Origin: a candidate division WOR-3 bacterium
GTDB taxonomy: Bacteria; Hydrothermota; Tepidihabitantia; B3-TA06
Direction: 5' to 3'
DNA: 29,228 nt
Assembly: GCA_965649265.1 (NCBI GenBank)
Contig: CBFGKC010000020.1
Coordinates: 1-29,228, forward strand
The notes beneath the pieces are model-generated. The model was not told where the DNA came from, did no database searches, and saw only the letters and a program-made list of their open reading frames with translations. The position numbers and the translations under genes were made by a program. Shown in pieces: positions 1 through 8,799 of the stretch (position 1 is the stretch's first letter; each line of letters starts with the position of its first letter).

Positions 1-2
1 TG

Positions 3-362
3 GCAAAGTTGCTCGTTACATTTTTGAACTTTACCCGAACCGCCTACGGCAACAACGGGCTCCCGCCCGACCAGACAACCGGCCTTTTTAAAAGGGTTGC
101 GGAAAATTTCAGTGACTCACCGGTAATGGTCATTGAAAATGAGTTCCGCATCACCTCGACCTCCTTGCAAAAGGAAAAAATCATCATGGGTTTCGTAGAT
201 TTATTGAAGAAATTCCACGCAGAGCTCGCCCAGATGTGGGGACCAAAGGTTGCATCTTCTCGTTATCACAAGATTTATGATAACTTTCTCAGGGAAACGA
301 AGGGAGACGAGAGAGCGAAAGAGGTTCTTGAATCCGTTGCACCGGAAAGAATCGGCCTCTAG
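3..362 (+). CDS. Small cytoplasmic hypothetical protein (5' truncated by window edge); paralog of 4500..4958
   Basis: Frame is open from the window start. Shares LVT..GLPP...GLF.RV...DSP and G.KV.SSRYH..YD with 4500..4958. Confidence 0.8.
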   Translation, partial: AKLLVTFLNFTRTAYGNNGLPPDQTTGLFKRVAENFSDSPVMVIENEFRITSTSLQKEKIIMGFVDLLKKFHAELAQMWGPKVASSRYHKIYDNFLRETKGDERAKEVLESVAPERIGL

Positions 363-400
363 AAATTACGCAAACTGGAAATTGATTCAAGGAGGAGTTT

Positions 401-1207
401 ATGTCGCGTTCATTTGTCTGGAGCTTGATCGTCTTAGCCGTCCTTTTTCTTCTGACGGCTGTATTTTACGTAATCCCGCCACTTAACGACATCGCCAACA
501 ACACTTTTTACCTTGCTGGGACCATCGTATACCAGGTAGCCCTGCTTATCCCTGTGCTGCTTTTACTCTACGGGTATTCCGGAATTGAGGCTAAATGGAA
601 GGGACGCCGGGGATGGCTGATGGTCCTGCTCGCCATGACTTCTTACTTTGTAGGCGACACGATTTGGAATATTTACGAAACGACCACCATGCTTTCTATG
701 CCGCACCCCGGCCTGGCCGATATCTTCTACGTCATCTTCTACCCGCTGATTGCGCTCGCGATGATTCGTTTCATTCGCGTCGCAGACGTGAAGGTTTCAC
801 CATCGGAAAAACTACTAATAGGCATCGTAGCCGTCCTTCTGGCTGCCGAGGCGATTGGTAGATTCGTGGTTCCCAGCCTTGCCGGGTTCATAAGTGAAGA
901 TTATTCATTATTTGCGCGCATTCTGGACTCCTTCTACCTTCTGTCGGACGTGGCCATTCTTTGCATAGGTCTCATAATCGTCGTCCAATTCTGGGGAGGA
1001 AAGGTCACAACCACTTACATCCTTTTCGTCATAGGAATTTTTGTAATGACCATTACTGACGCGGCTTATGTGTTTGTCTCGGAGAGTTTCGGACTCCGCA
1101 ACCCGCTCGATCTCGGTTGGGCTGCGGCATACAGCCTCCTGGCCCTTGCCGCCGTGTTCGAGCGTTCCCTGCAGGAAACCGCTCGCAAAGGACTCGCAAA
1201 TGCGTAA
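401..1207 (+). CDS. Integral membrane protein (about 7-8 TM), standalone membrane sensor-type domain
   Basis: AAGGAGG RBS upstream and many hydrophobic segments. The GD.IW...P.PGLADIFY..FYP motif is typical of membrane input domains of GGDEF/histidine kinase proteins. There is no output domain. Confidence 0.8.
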   Translation: MSRSFVWSLIVLAVLFLLTAVFYVIPPLNDIANNTFYLAGTIVYQVALLIPVLLLLYGYSGIEAKWKGRRGWLMVLLAMTSYFVGDTIWNIYETTTMLSMPHPGLADIFYVIFYPLIALAMIRFIRVADVKVSPSEKLLIGIVAVLLAAEAIGRFVVPSLAGFISEDYSLFARILDSFYLLSDVAILCIGLIIVVQFWGGKVTTTYILFVIGIFVMTITDAAYVFVSESFGLRNPLDLGWAAAYSLLALAAVFERSLQETARKGLANA

Positions 1208-1904
1208 GATAATATTCTTGATGCTTGCCGTCGCATCCGTTCTCTTTGCCGATCCCTTCAACACTATTTCTGCGAACACCCTGGGCAGGGGCAACGGTTA
1301 TATTGGTCCTTATATTCCTGTTTCATTGTCACTTACAGGTGAGACCGGTTTCGCCACGACCCCGCTTCTCTACATTGGAATTGGACTCGCAGACGTCTTC
1401 GATGTCACCCTTTACGGCGGTGCGACTATTGCAAAAAGTGTTGATTCCACCGGGGCCTCGACTGTTACAGGTGACGATGCTGTGTTTGTTGTGCAGCCAA
1501 AGTTCGAGGTTTTAAAATCGGAAATTGTCACCCTCTCCCCCACATTTGGGCTCGTGATTCCTTTCAAGAACGGCGCGCCGGTCGGGGTCAATCCCGGATT
1601 CCTTACAAGTTTCGATTTTTCGCCTCTTAACCTTCACGCCAACCTCTATTACAACCTCGTTTTCGACGGCTCATACGGCACCGTGTCATTTCTCGCGGCT
1701 CCGGATTTCTGGGTAACCAATAACTTCTCTATTTTCGCGGAGTTAAACGCCTACTACTCGCTCGACGACAAGGAGCTTACGCTCGAAGCCTGGCCGGGGC
1801 TTTGTTATTATCCCATAGATATGCTCTCCATCTGCGCTTCATGCGGCATACCTGCGTCACTTGACTACATTACCCCCGGGCTCGCTCTTTACGTGAATTT
1901 TTGA
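1200..1904 (+). CDS. Probable outer-membrane beta-barrel protein
   Basis: True start is ATG 1200 (MRKIIFLMLAVASVLFA signal peptide), overlapping the upstream stop. Alternating amphipathic strands and C-terminal LALYVNF ending in Phe. Confidence 0.75.
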   Translation: MRKIIFLMLAVASVLFADPFNTISANTLGRGNGYIGPYIPVSLSLTGETGFATTPLLYIGIGLADVFDVTLYGGATIAKSVDSTGASTVTGDDAVFVVQPKFEVLKSEIVTLSPTFGLVIPFKNGAPVGVNPGFLTSFDFSPLNLHANLYYNLVFDGSYGTVSFLAAPDFWVTNNFSIFAELNAYYSLDDKELTLEAWPGLCYYPIDMLSICASCGIPASLDYITPGLALYVNF

Positions 1905-1946
1905 CACCCCAAAAAGACTGCCGGAGGCATTCCTTTTGGGGTCCCC
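1905..1946 (-). repeat. GGGG(T/A)CCCC palindromic element (family 1), reverse orientation
   Basis: Minus strand reads GGGGACCCCAAAAGGAATGCCTCCGGCAGTCTTTTTGGGGTG, directly after a stop codon. Confidence 0.7.
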
Positions 1947-2026
1947 GATGACTTTGCACCCCTCTTTGCACTATAAACTGTTGTTTTGCAACTATTTAGT
2001 GACCAGAAGGTATCTCCGAATGCATT

Positions 2027-2065
2027 AGGTCCCCGAATGAATGCGCAGCAGACGTTCGGGGTGAA
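2027..2065 (+). repeat. Family 1 palindromic element
   Basis: AGGTCCCCGAATGAATGCGCAGCAGACGTTCGGGGTGAA. Confidence 0.75.
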
Positions 2066-2090
2066 GAAGTTGGTCAGAAGTTGGACATTT

Positions 2091-2203
2091 CGGGGCGAAA
2101 AAAGCTGGACAAAAGATGGTCAAAAGATGGACAAAACGGGCATTTTGAGGGTAAAAACAGGGTAAATTCGGGGCGAATTAGGGCGAAATTCGGGTGAAAA
2201 TCG
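2091..2203 (+). repeat. Degenerate tandem repeat with units of about 11 bp
   Basis: GGACAAAAGAT GGTCAAAAGAT GGACAAAAC, followed by GGGTAAATTC/GGGCGAATTA/GGGCGAAATTC/GGGTGAAAATC. Confidence 0.6.
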
Positions 2204-2220
2204 AAAGGTTTCATTCGAAA

Positions 2221-2580
2221 ATCCCCCGGTCTTCGACCACCCCCCTTCAAAAGGGGGGGCATGAAAGTTTCCTCGTAATTTTTGCATGGGGCATGATTCA
2301 GGCAGGTGGGTGTTATTTCCTTTGACAAAAACTGTATATGAGAACGCCCTATGAGATATAGCCATATCTCAAGGGGCGGACCCTGCCCGAAGGGGTACGG
2401 GTGTTGCGGGCCCTCTCCCTTCGGGAGAGGGTTGGGTGAGGGAAACGCATCCCCTTCCCTTGACGGGAAGTGGTTGGAGGCAAGGTAGCGGCTGGGAGCC
2501 GCATGGGCCGAACGATAACGTTCGGCAAACGCTCTTCTAGAGCGTACACCTCCTCCCAGCCTCCCCCATCAAGGGGGAGG
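2221..2580. repeat. Cluster of REP-like GC-rich palindromes
   Basis: Four units: 2221-2260 (CCCCC..TTCAAAAGGGGG), 2411-2442 (CCCTCTCCCTTCGGGAGAGGGTTGGGTGAGGG), 2451-2487, and 2549-2580 (CCTCCTCCCAGCCTCCCCCATCAAGGGGGAGG). Confidence 0.7.
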
Positions 2581-2594
2581 AGAATCAAATGTCT

Positions 2595-4181
2595 CTACCT
2601 TACTATCACGACCTTCCGGGTGATGCCGGAGTTGCTTGCCTGGAGCCGCGCAAAGTAGACGCCTGAGGAGAGTGTCTCGACCTTCACCTCGCCCTGCCCG
2701 CGAACGGTGACGCTCTCAACCATTCTGCCCGATGCGTCGAAGAGCTCGATGGTCCCCGGCTTGCCCTGGCTCAGGGAATAGCGAAGGGTGACCTCCGAAG
2801 CTATGGGAGACGTTATCTCCATTTCTGAGGAGGGCGCGGGTGTTTCTGAGGAGGGCTCGGAGATGCCTGTGCCCTGGCTGTACTTGACGGTGCAGTAATC
2901 CGTCGGTATACCACTTCGCCCCGTAACGTAAACGCCGCCTCGCTTATCCACGGTCAGGTCACAACCGAAATCGAAAGCCTCTGGGCCGACGTAACGTGCC
3001 ACCCATTGTTCAGCACCTTTTGTGTCGTATTTGACAGTCAGATAGTTGTATCCACTCGAACCTGTTATGTAGACACCGCCGTCTCCGCCCACGGTAACGG
3101 CCCTCGCTTCATCTTCCTCGTTGTCGGGCCCATTGTATCGAGCCGCCCAAAGCAGCAAACCTTGAGAGTTGTATTTTAGAACTACATAATCGTTATCCAG
3201 GCTCAAGGAATCCTTGCATGAGCCGGCCACGTAGATATTTCGCGAATCATCCAGGGATATGCCGCACGGTTTGTCGTCCTTGCCCCATGGATCGTTATAT
3301 CGGACCGCCCATAGTTCTTTACCTTGCGAGTTGTACTTCAACGTTACATAATCATAACCGGATATTGAATCCCAGCTCGAGCCGGTGACATAAATATTTC
3401 CCGACTTATCTGAAACGATAGCGCATGCCTGATCATCGCCGTTTCCAGGTCCATTGTACCTGGCAACCCATCGTTCGACGCCAGACCGGTCATACTTCAC
3501 CGTTACAATGTCATTTCCGTTGACTGGATCCCGACTGTAACCGGTGACGCAAACTTCATTTAAAGCATCGACGACCAGGGCTTTTGCTTCTTCCCAACCT
3601 TCCGAAAAACCGCTGTAGCGTGCAACCCATTGCTCACGCCCTTTCGGGCTGTACTTGACGGTTGCATAATCAAAACTGGTGTTTGAATCCCAGCTGTAGC
3701 CCGTGACGTAAACATTGCCTATCCTGTCGACGGCGACGGCAACTGGTATATCTTCCTGGTTTCCAGGACCGTCGTATTGTGCAATCCATTCTTCCTTACC
3801 CTGTGAATCGTATTTCACGGTTACATAGTTCGAGAACGAAGAGGAATCACGACTGTATCCGGTGACGAAAACATTGCCGAAACTGTCCGGCGCAACAGCC
3901 CAGGCACCGTCGTCAAGACCGTCAGTACCGTTGAAACGAGCGACCCATAATTCAAGCCCGTTGGGGTCATATTTGATGGTTGTGAAGTCCGAAAGATTAT
4001 TCGAATCTGCGCTGAAGCCCGTGACAAAGATATTGCCATCATTATCCGCCGCAATATCACACGGGTAATCGATCCAATCGCTGGGCCCGTTGTACCTTGC
4101 CACCCACTCCTCCTTAACCTGGGCGAAAAGCAAAATTGGAATGATTGCGATCATGATTGAAAGAAAACAGATACGTCTCAC
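2595..4181 (-). CDS. Secreted SBBP-repeat beta-propeller protein with T9SS/Por-type C-terminal domain
   Basis: Likely GTG start at 4181 after AAGGAGGAG, with a signal peptide. About 7 repeats of W.ARY.GP....D....D..GNVYVTG.S.....DY.TVKYD. C-terminal LFDASGR...GVYFARL...RKVVIVR. Confidence 0.88.
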   Translation of the reverse strand: MRRICFLSIMIAIIPILLFAQVKEEWVARYNGPSDWIDYPCDIAADNDGNIFVTGFSADSNNLSDFTTIKYDPNGLELWVARFNGTDGLDDGAWAVAPDSFGNVFVTGYSRDSSSFSNYVTVKYDSQGKEEWIAQYDGPGNQEDIPVAVAVDRIGNVYVTGYSWDSNTSFDYATVKYSPKGREQWVARYSGFSEGWEEAKALVVDALNEVCVTGYSRDPVNGNDIVTVKYDRSGVERWVARYNGPGNGDDQACAIVSDKSGNIYVTGSSWDSISGYDYVTLKYNSQGKELWAVRYNDPWGKDDKPCGISLDDSRNIYVAGSCKDSLSLDNDYVVLKYNSQGLLLWAARYNGPDNEEDEARAVTVGGDGGVYITGSSGYNYLTVKYDTKGAEQWVARYVGPEAFDFGCDLTVDKRGGVYVTGRSGIPTDYCTVKYSQGTGISEPSSETPAPSSEMEITSPIASEVTLRYSLSQGKPGTIELFDASGRMVESVTVRGQGEVKVETLSSGVYFARLQASNSGITRKVVIVR

Positions 4182-4226
4182 CTGCTCCTCCTTGAACAAT
4201 GAATGCTCATTATTTTACAATGTTTA

Positions 4227-4254
4227 AGTCTAGCACAAAAGCAATATGTGTCAA
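4227..4254 (-). promoter_or_regulatory. sigma70-like promoter for the SBBP gene
   Basis: TTGACA-16 bp-TAGACT on the minus strand. Confidence 0.65.
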
Positions 4255-4297
4255 GGGGTCTCCCCCTATTTTGGAGGCACCAGGGTTACAACGGTTA

Positions 4298-4352
4298 AGC
4301 ACAATCCATGCACGGTCGGGGTCCCCTGATGCATGCGGGGCAGACGTTTAAG
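4298..4352 (+). repeat. Degenerate family 1 element with AAGCACAATC leader
   Basis: AAGCACAATC...GGGGTCCCCTGATGCATGCGGGGCAGACGTTT. The same leader precedes the copies inside coaE. Confidence 0.6.
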
Positions 4353-4361
4353 AATACAAAC

Positions 4362-4389
4362 TTGACACCCCCCAAGTTTTTTCTATAGT
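4362..4389 (+). promoter_or_regulatory. sigma70-like promoter
   Basis: TTGACA-16 bp-TATAGT. Confidence 0.7.
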
Positions 4390-4499
4390 TGATAGGTAAC
4401 CTAAACCGACAGGAGTGAACGTGGGCACTGGTATATACCAGGTATGGCGTGTCCGCAAGGTTCCGCGCGCAAGTGAAGTGGGAAAAGGCTGATGGTTGA

Positions 4500-4958
4500 A
4501 TGAATGTACTCCATAAGGACGAGGAGTTTCACGTAATTACGCCGGAGACCGACGACGTTATAAGCGGATCGTTACCCAGGGGGCCCCTGCTTGACGCTCT
4601 GGTCACCGTTCTCGAATCCATTTGCAGGTATTATGAAGAGAGCGGTCTGCCTCCAAACATCGTGATGGGGCTTTTCAACCGCGTGACCAGGGTAAGGATA
4701 ACGGATTCACCAATCATTTTCAAGGACAACCGCTTCCAGGCTGCAACCGACGAGAAGGACCCGGAAGTAATACTCGAAACCTTCAAACGGGTACTCTGGG
4801 AACTGCACAAGGCCATGAGCGTGCTGCTCGGGTCCAAGGTAGTCTCCTCGAGGTATCATGACGCTTACGATTTTTGCGTGAAGAAATTCGCCGCCTCCCC
4901 GGCCGAGGCAACCATCATGACCCGAATCCCGCCGGACTACGCGAATATCCAGGGATGA
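4500..4958 (+). CDS. Small cytoplasmic hypothetical protein; paralog of 3..362
   Basis: Motifs shared with the first ORF; ATGA overlap with the next gene. Confidence 0.8.
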   Translation: MNVLHKDEEFHVITPETDDVISGSLPRGPLLDALVTVLESICRYYEESGLPPNIVMGLFNRVTRVRITDSPIIFKDNRFQAATDEKDPEVILETFKRVLWELHKAMSVLLGSKVVSSRYHDAYDFCVKKFAASPAEATIMTRIPPDYANIQG

Positions 4959-5779
4959 AGACGTTTCACGCGAGTCTCTTTAAGAGCTTCTGGTGGGCAC
5001 TCGGGCTTTCCGCAGGGTTATTTGCGATAACCTCGATCTTCTACTACATTCCGCCCCTGAACAATCCGGAGATACTCACATGGCGGCTGGCTGCGGACGT
5101 GGTTTTCGACACCGTAAGCGTGTTCGCGGTACTCCTCCTTCTTTACGGGTGGGCCGGCCTCGATAAAACATGGAAGGGGAAACTCGCGTGGTTCTTGATT
5201 TTCATCAGCGTCAGCGCCCTGGTTGCGGGCGATCTCGCGTGGGATCTTTTCGAGGACATCACGCTCGAGGAAGCTCCCTATCCCGGAGTACCAGATATCT
5301 TCTACGTAGCGGCCTATCCATTCATGGCTGCCGCACTCATCAGGCTTGCACGCATGATGAAGGTCAGGCTCTCTTTATCGAAAAAACTCATACTTGTTTT
5401 TTCGGCGGTCGCGCTCCTGACGCTGGTCACGGTATTCGTGATCATCCCGACCGCGACCGATCCCGACACCGGGTACGGCCTTGGCGAGCGTTTGCTTGAC
5501 GCGTTCTACCCCTTGATGGATGTTGTGCTCGTATGGTTTGCGATACTCCTGCTTCTCGAGTTCTGGGGCGGCAGCGTTCCGACGACCTACGTGCTGCTTC
5601 TGGCAGGAATACTCGTGATGTCCGGGGGCGACGTGTCCTACTTCTTCATATACGAGGATTACGGCTTCCAGAACCCCTTGGACTTGACGTGGCTTTCCTC
5701 GCACTTGCTTCTTGCCCTGGCCGCCGTTCACGAACGCACCCTTCACGCCGAGATAAGGAAAGAACTTGCTGGCCGGTAA
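4955..5779 (+). CDS. Integral membrane sensor-type protein; paralog of 401..1207
   Basis: Start at ATG 4955 (ATGA coupling). Shared motifs FY.IPPLN, WKG, GD..W, PYPGVPDIFY, FWGG.V.TTY, NPLDL.W, AAV.ER.L. Confidence 0.82.
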   Translation: MKTFHASLFKSFWWALGLSAGLFAITSIFYYIPPLNNPEILTWRLAADVVFDTVSVFAVLLLLYGWAGLDKTWKGKLAWFLIFISVSALVAGDLAWDLFEDITLEEAPYPGVPDIFYVAAYPFMAAALIRLARMMKVRLSLSKKLILVFSAVALLTLVTVFVIIPTATDPDTGYGLGERLLDAFYPLMDVVLVWFAILLLLEFWGGSVPTTYVLLLAGILVMSGGDVSYFFIYEDYGFQNPLDLTWLSSHLLLALAAVHERTLHAEIRKELAGR

Positions 5780-5860
5780 AGACCCCGACGCTTTTCTCTA
5801 GCAATCAAGAGTTACTCCCCCTCCCCTGTACAACCCTGAGACGTACCCATTTTATGCCTC

Positions 5861-5888
5861 TTGACAACGCTGACAAAAAGAATATACT
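5861..5888 (+). promoter_or_regulatory. sigma70-like promoter
   Basis: TTGACA-16 bp-TATACT, followed by AGGAGGAG RBS. Confidence 0.7.
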
Positions 5889-5922
5889 TTTATGATTAAA
5901 CATACCTAAATCAGGAGGAGCC

Positions 5923-6792
5923 GTGCGTAAACTGACACCTTTAATTCTTTTATTAGTAAGCGTTCTATGGGGAGACTGGGAAGACCCATTTAATACTTTT
6001 GCGGACTACACACGCAATGTTAAAGCAGACACGTCCATTTTACTTCTCAATCTGGGAAAATCTATGACTGGGGAAACCGTACCACCAGCAATAAAAAAAA
6101 TAAGTTTCGAACCCTCTTTCTCCATAAATATGCCTCTCAACGACACCACTAAAATATCCTTTGAACCTACACTCCATGTAAACTATTCATTGTCGGAAGA
6201 CGTGATTTTTGCGTTAGGAACAACCCTTAAAGAAAACTCACTTCAATCAATCGCCGCATCATTTGATGGTAAGTGGAATTCCTTACTAGGGATAAAAATT
6301 ATTAAACCTACTTTACTTCTGAACTATCAGTATTCAGTTGACACTTCTTCTCGTGGAACAGCCTCTTTCTCAATCTCACCAGGAATAATAAGTACGCTCA
6401 TTGACGCCAAAATATTCTCTCTGGCTCTTTCATTAACTCCAACTTTTTTTTGGACACCAGAGGAATTAACTATACCTATGACACTCGCTATCAAACCTGC
6501 ATTTAAAATCGGAAATGCAACTCTTTACTTCCTTGGAGAAGGTAAAGGGACACCCTTTGACGATAGCTTGAGCCTATCTCTAACATTCACCCCCGCAATT
6601 GAATTTGAGTCGAAGTATCTATCTTCTTTCGGTATCAATGTATCCGTTTCTAATTCTAATGACTCCACATATTTTTCCCCAGCAATAAAATGTTCTCTCG
6701 GTGAAAGTCCAACCACTTTTCTGCTGTCATGCCGTATTCCCCAATCAATGAACAGCTTTGAGCCATGCCTAACCGTTCGTCTCAAATTATGA
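5923..6792 (+). CDS. Probable outer-membrane beta-barrel; distant paralog of 1200..1904; AT-rich
   Basis: Signal peptide then DPFNT in both proteins; both contain LS(L/M)TGET-like and C-terminal SC.IP.S.....P.L motifs. Ser/Thr-rich beta pattern. Confidence 0.7.
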   Translation: MRKLTPLILLLVSVLWGDWEDPFNTFADYTRNVKADTSILLLNLGKSMTGETVPPAIKKISFEPSFSINMPLNDTTKISFEPTLHVNYSLSEDVIFALGTTLKENSLQSIAASFDGKWNSLLGIKIIKPTLLLNYQYSVDTSSRGTASFSISPGIISTLIDAKIFSLALSLTPTFFWTPEELTIPMTLAIKPAFKIGNATLYFLGEGKGTPFDDSLSLSLTFTPAIEFESKYLSSFGINVSVSNSNDSTYFSPAIKCSLGESPTTFLLSCRIPQSMNSFEPCLTVRLKL

Positions 6793-6875
6793 TTCTTAAT
6801 ATGGTAAACTGTTAGGTTTTAACTCTCTACGACCTACAAACTAAAGAACACCCTATCTGTCTTTCAGAAAGTGTT

Positions 6876-7472
6876 TCAGCGTTTTATCACTACGCTTATA
6901 ATCGTGTCCATTGCCCGAAGCTGCCTCACGACAATCATGTCCCTGGAGTTTTCGACCTTGCCGAAAACCACGTAGTCGCCGTCAAGGCTTTTCTGCGCTT
7001 CAAGACAGATGTAGAACTGACAGGAAGCCGAGTTCGGCGCCTGGCTGCGAGCCATACCGACCGAGCCCTTTTCGTGCTTCATGCCCGTTTCCTCGAAATC
7101 GATGGTATAGCCCGAGTTTCCGTAGCCGGTACCTAAAGGATCGCCGCCCTGGATGACGAAACCGGGCTCGTAGCGATGCCACAGGAGACCGTTATAGAAA
7201 CCCGCGTCGGCGAGCCTCACGAAGTTTCGCACTGTCCTGGGGGCTTCACTTGAATAAAGCCTGACGGTGAAGGTCCCCTTGTTAGTGGTGACGACAGCCT
7301 CTTCCTTACCGGTAAGTGTGACTTCCTTGTCCTTCACACGCAGGGCAAGCTCAACGCGTTCCTTCGGCGTGAAATTGAATGTCTGGGGTATCGAAGGTTT
7401 CACCACTCCGGTGCACGCGAGCGCGGCAACGAACGCCGCGGCCGGGACCAGATAGAGTTTAAAAGCTCTCAT
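6876..7472 (-). CDS. Cyclophilin-type peptidyl-prolyl isomerase, lipoprotein
   Basis: AP.TV.NF, GFY.GL.WHRYEPGFVIQGGDP, GMARS, QFYI, LDG.YVVFGKV; lipobox ALAC. Confidence 0.93.
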   Translation of the reverse strand: MRAFKLYLVPAAAFVAALACTGVVKPSIPQTFNFTPKERVELALRVKDKEVTLTGKEEAVVTTNKGTFTVRLYSSEAPRTVRNFVRLADAGFYNGLLWHRYEPGFVIQGGDPLGTGYGNSGYTIDFEETGMKHEKGSVGMARSQAPNSASCQFYICLEAQKSLDGDYVVFGKVENSRDMIVVRQLRAMDTIISVVIKR

Positions 7473-7474
7473 GT

Positions 7475-8056
7475 TTACCTGGTTATCGTTACCGCTCTGA
7501 TTGTATCTCCTGCGCGCAAGGCTTTAACCGCATCCATGCCTTCCAGAACCTTGCCGAAAACGACGTAGCTGCCGTCGAGCCCGTGCTGGGGTTCGAGACA
7601 GATGTAGAACTGGCAGGAGCCTGAGTTGGGATCCTGGGAGCGTGCGACGCCGAGTGCGCCCAGTTCGTGCGTGCGGGCGTTCTTCTCGAAGGGGATGTCG
7701 TAGCCTGCGTCGCCTGTGCCGTTTCCTAAAGGATCGCCGCCCTGGATGACGAAGTTGGGCACGTAGCGGTGCCAGGTGAGGCCGTTGTAGAAGCCTGCGT
7801 CCGAAAGACGGATAAAGTTGGAAACGGTGTTGGGTGCATCTTTCGAGTAAAGCTCGACCACGATGGTGCCTTTATTGGTTTGGATGGTCGCTTTTTCCGA
7901 ACCGCTAAGGGGTATTTCCTTATCCTTCACGCTCAAGGCAAGCTCAATGCGTTCCTTGGGAGTAAGGGTCGATGTGACAGGAATCACGGCCTTCCTCATG
8001 CAGCCCGAGAAGGCAACGACTAAAAGAAAGGCGGTTAGTAATTTTTTTATGTTCAT
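7475..8056 (-). CDS. Cyclophilin-type peptidyl-prolyl isomerase, lipoprotein
   Basis: Same motifs; lipobox FSGC. Confidence 0.93.
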   Translation of the reverse strand: MNIKKLLTAFLLVVAFSGCMRKAVIPVTSTLTPKERIELALSVKDKEIPLSGSEKATIQTNKGTIVVELYSKDAPNTVSNFIRLSDAGFYNGLTWHRYVPNFVIQGGDPLGNGTGDAGYDIPFEKNARTHELGALGVARSQDPNSGSCQFYICLEPQHGLDGSYVVFGKVLEGMDAVKALRAGDTIRAVTITR

Positions 8057-8076
8057 CAGTTCACTTCCCGAAAAAA

Positions 8077-8119
8077 GGTGTGTTACGGGTGGGTGTTACG
8101 GGTGTTACGGGCGGGTTAC
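8077..8119 (-). repeat. CCGTAAC(A) short tandem repeat
   Basis: Minus strand reads TAACCCGCCCGTAACACCCGTAACACCCACCCGTAACACACC, starting at a stop codon. Confidence 0.75.
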
Positions 8120-8763
8120 TGGGCAATGGAGATCTTCTTGATCGTATCGTTAACGCGGATCTTGTTAACGACGTCCATACCCTCGAGCACCTTGCCGAAT
8201 ACCACGTAGTTGCCGTCGAGAGCGTGCGCGGGCGCCAGGCAGATGTAGAACTGGCATGAGCCTGAATTCGGGTCATTGGAGCGCGCGACACCGAGCGCAC
8301 CCAGTTCGTGCGTGCGGGCGTTCTTCTCGAAGTTGATGTTGTAGCCTGCGTCGCCCGTTCCATTGCCTTGGGGGTCGCCGCCCTGGATGACGAAATTGGG
8401 CTCGTAGCGGTGCCAGATGATTCCGTCATAGAAACCGGACTCTGAGAGGCGGATGAAGTTCTTAACGGTATTGGGCGCGTCTTTCGAGTAAAGCTCGGCC
8501 ACGATGGTGCCTTTTGTGGTCTCGATGGTCGCTTTTTCGGTACCCTTGAGGTTAATCTCCGCGTCTTTCACCGATTTGGCAACTTCGATGCGCTGCTGGG
8601 GTGTAGTGAAACCAGATGTGCGCGCTATGCCGAATATTCCCGGCTCGCTTTTAGTCAATTTTGGTGTTTCCACGTTTGGGGTCTCCTCTGTTTTCTTCTG
8701 ACCGCACGAGATGAATGCGGCCGCGACGAATGCGGTTAACGTGATTGCAAGTATCTTTTTCAC
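8116..8763 (-). CDS. Cyclophilin-type peptidyl-prolyl isomerase, lipoprotein
   Basis: Same motifs; lipobox FISC; GTG start after AAGGAGG. Confidence 0.93.
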   Translation of the reverse strand: MKKILAITLTAFVAAAFISCGQKKTEETPNVETPKLTKSEPGIFGIARTSGFTTPQQRIEVAKSVKDAEINLKGTEKATIETTKGTIVAELYSKDAPNTVKNFIRLSESGFYDGIIWHRYEPNFVIQGGDPQGNGTGDAGYNINFEKNARTHELGALGVARSNDPNSGSCQFYICLAPAHALDGNYVVFGKVLEGMDVVNKIRVNDTIKKISIAQ

Positions 8764-8799
8764 AAGATCCTCCTTAGATTTTTGACATAATATGGATTG

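Noticed and set aside
1068-1199. Long N-terminal extensions in the ORF track (also at 4874, 4199, 11702, 21210)
   Set aside because: Downstream starts have better RBS or coupling, signal peptides and paralog agreement.
2322-2350. TTGACA as a promoter
   Set aside because: No TAnnnT at 16-18 bp and no gene downstream on that strand.
2074-2658. Short ORFs of 62-84 aa in the repeat-rich intergenic region
   Set aside because: Translations of GC-rich palindromes and tandem repeats, with no convincing RBS or family motifs.
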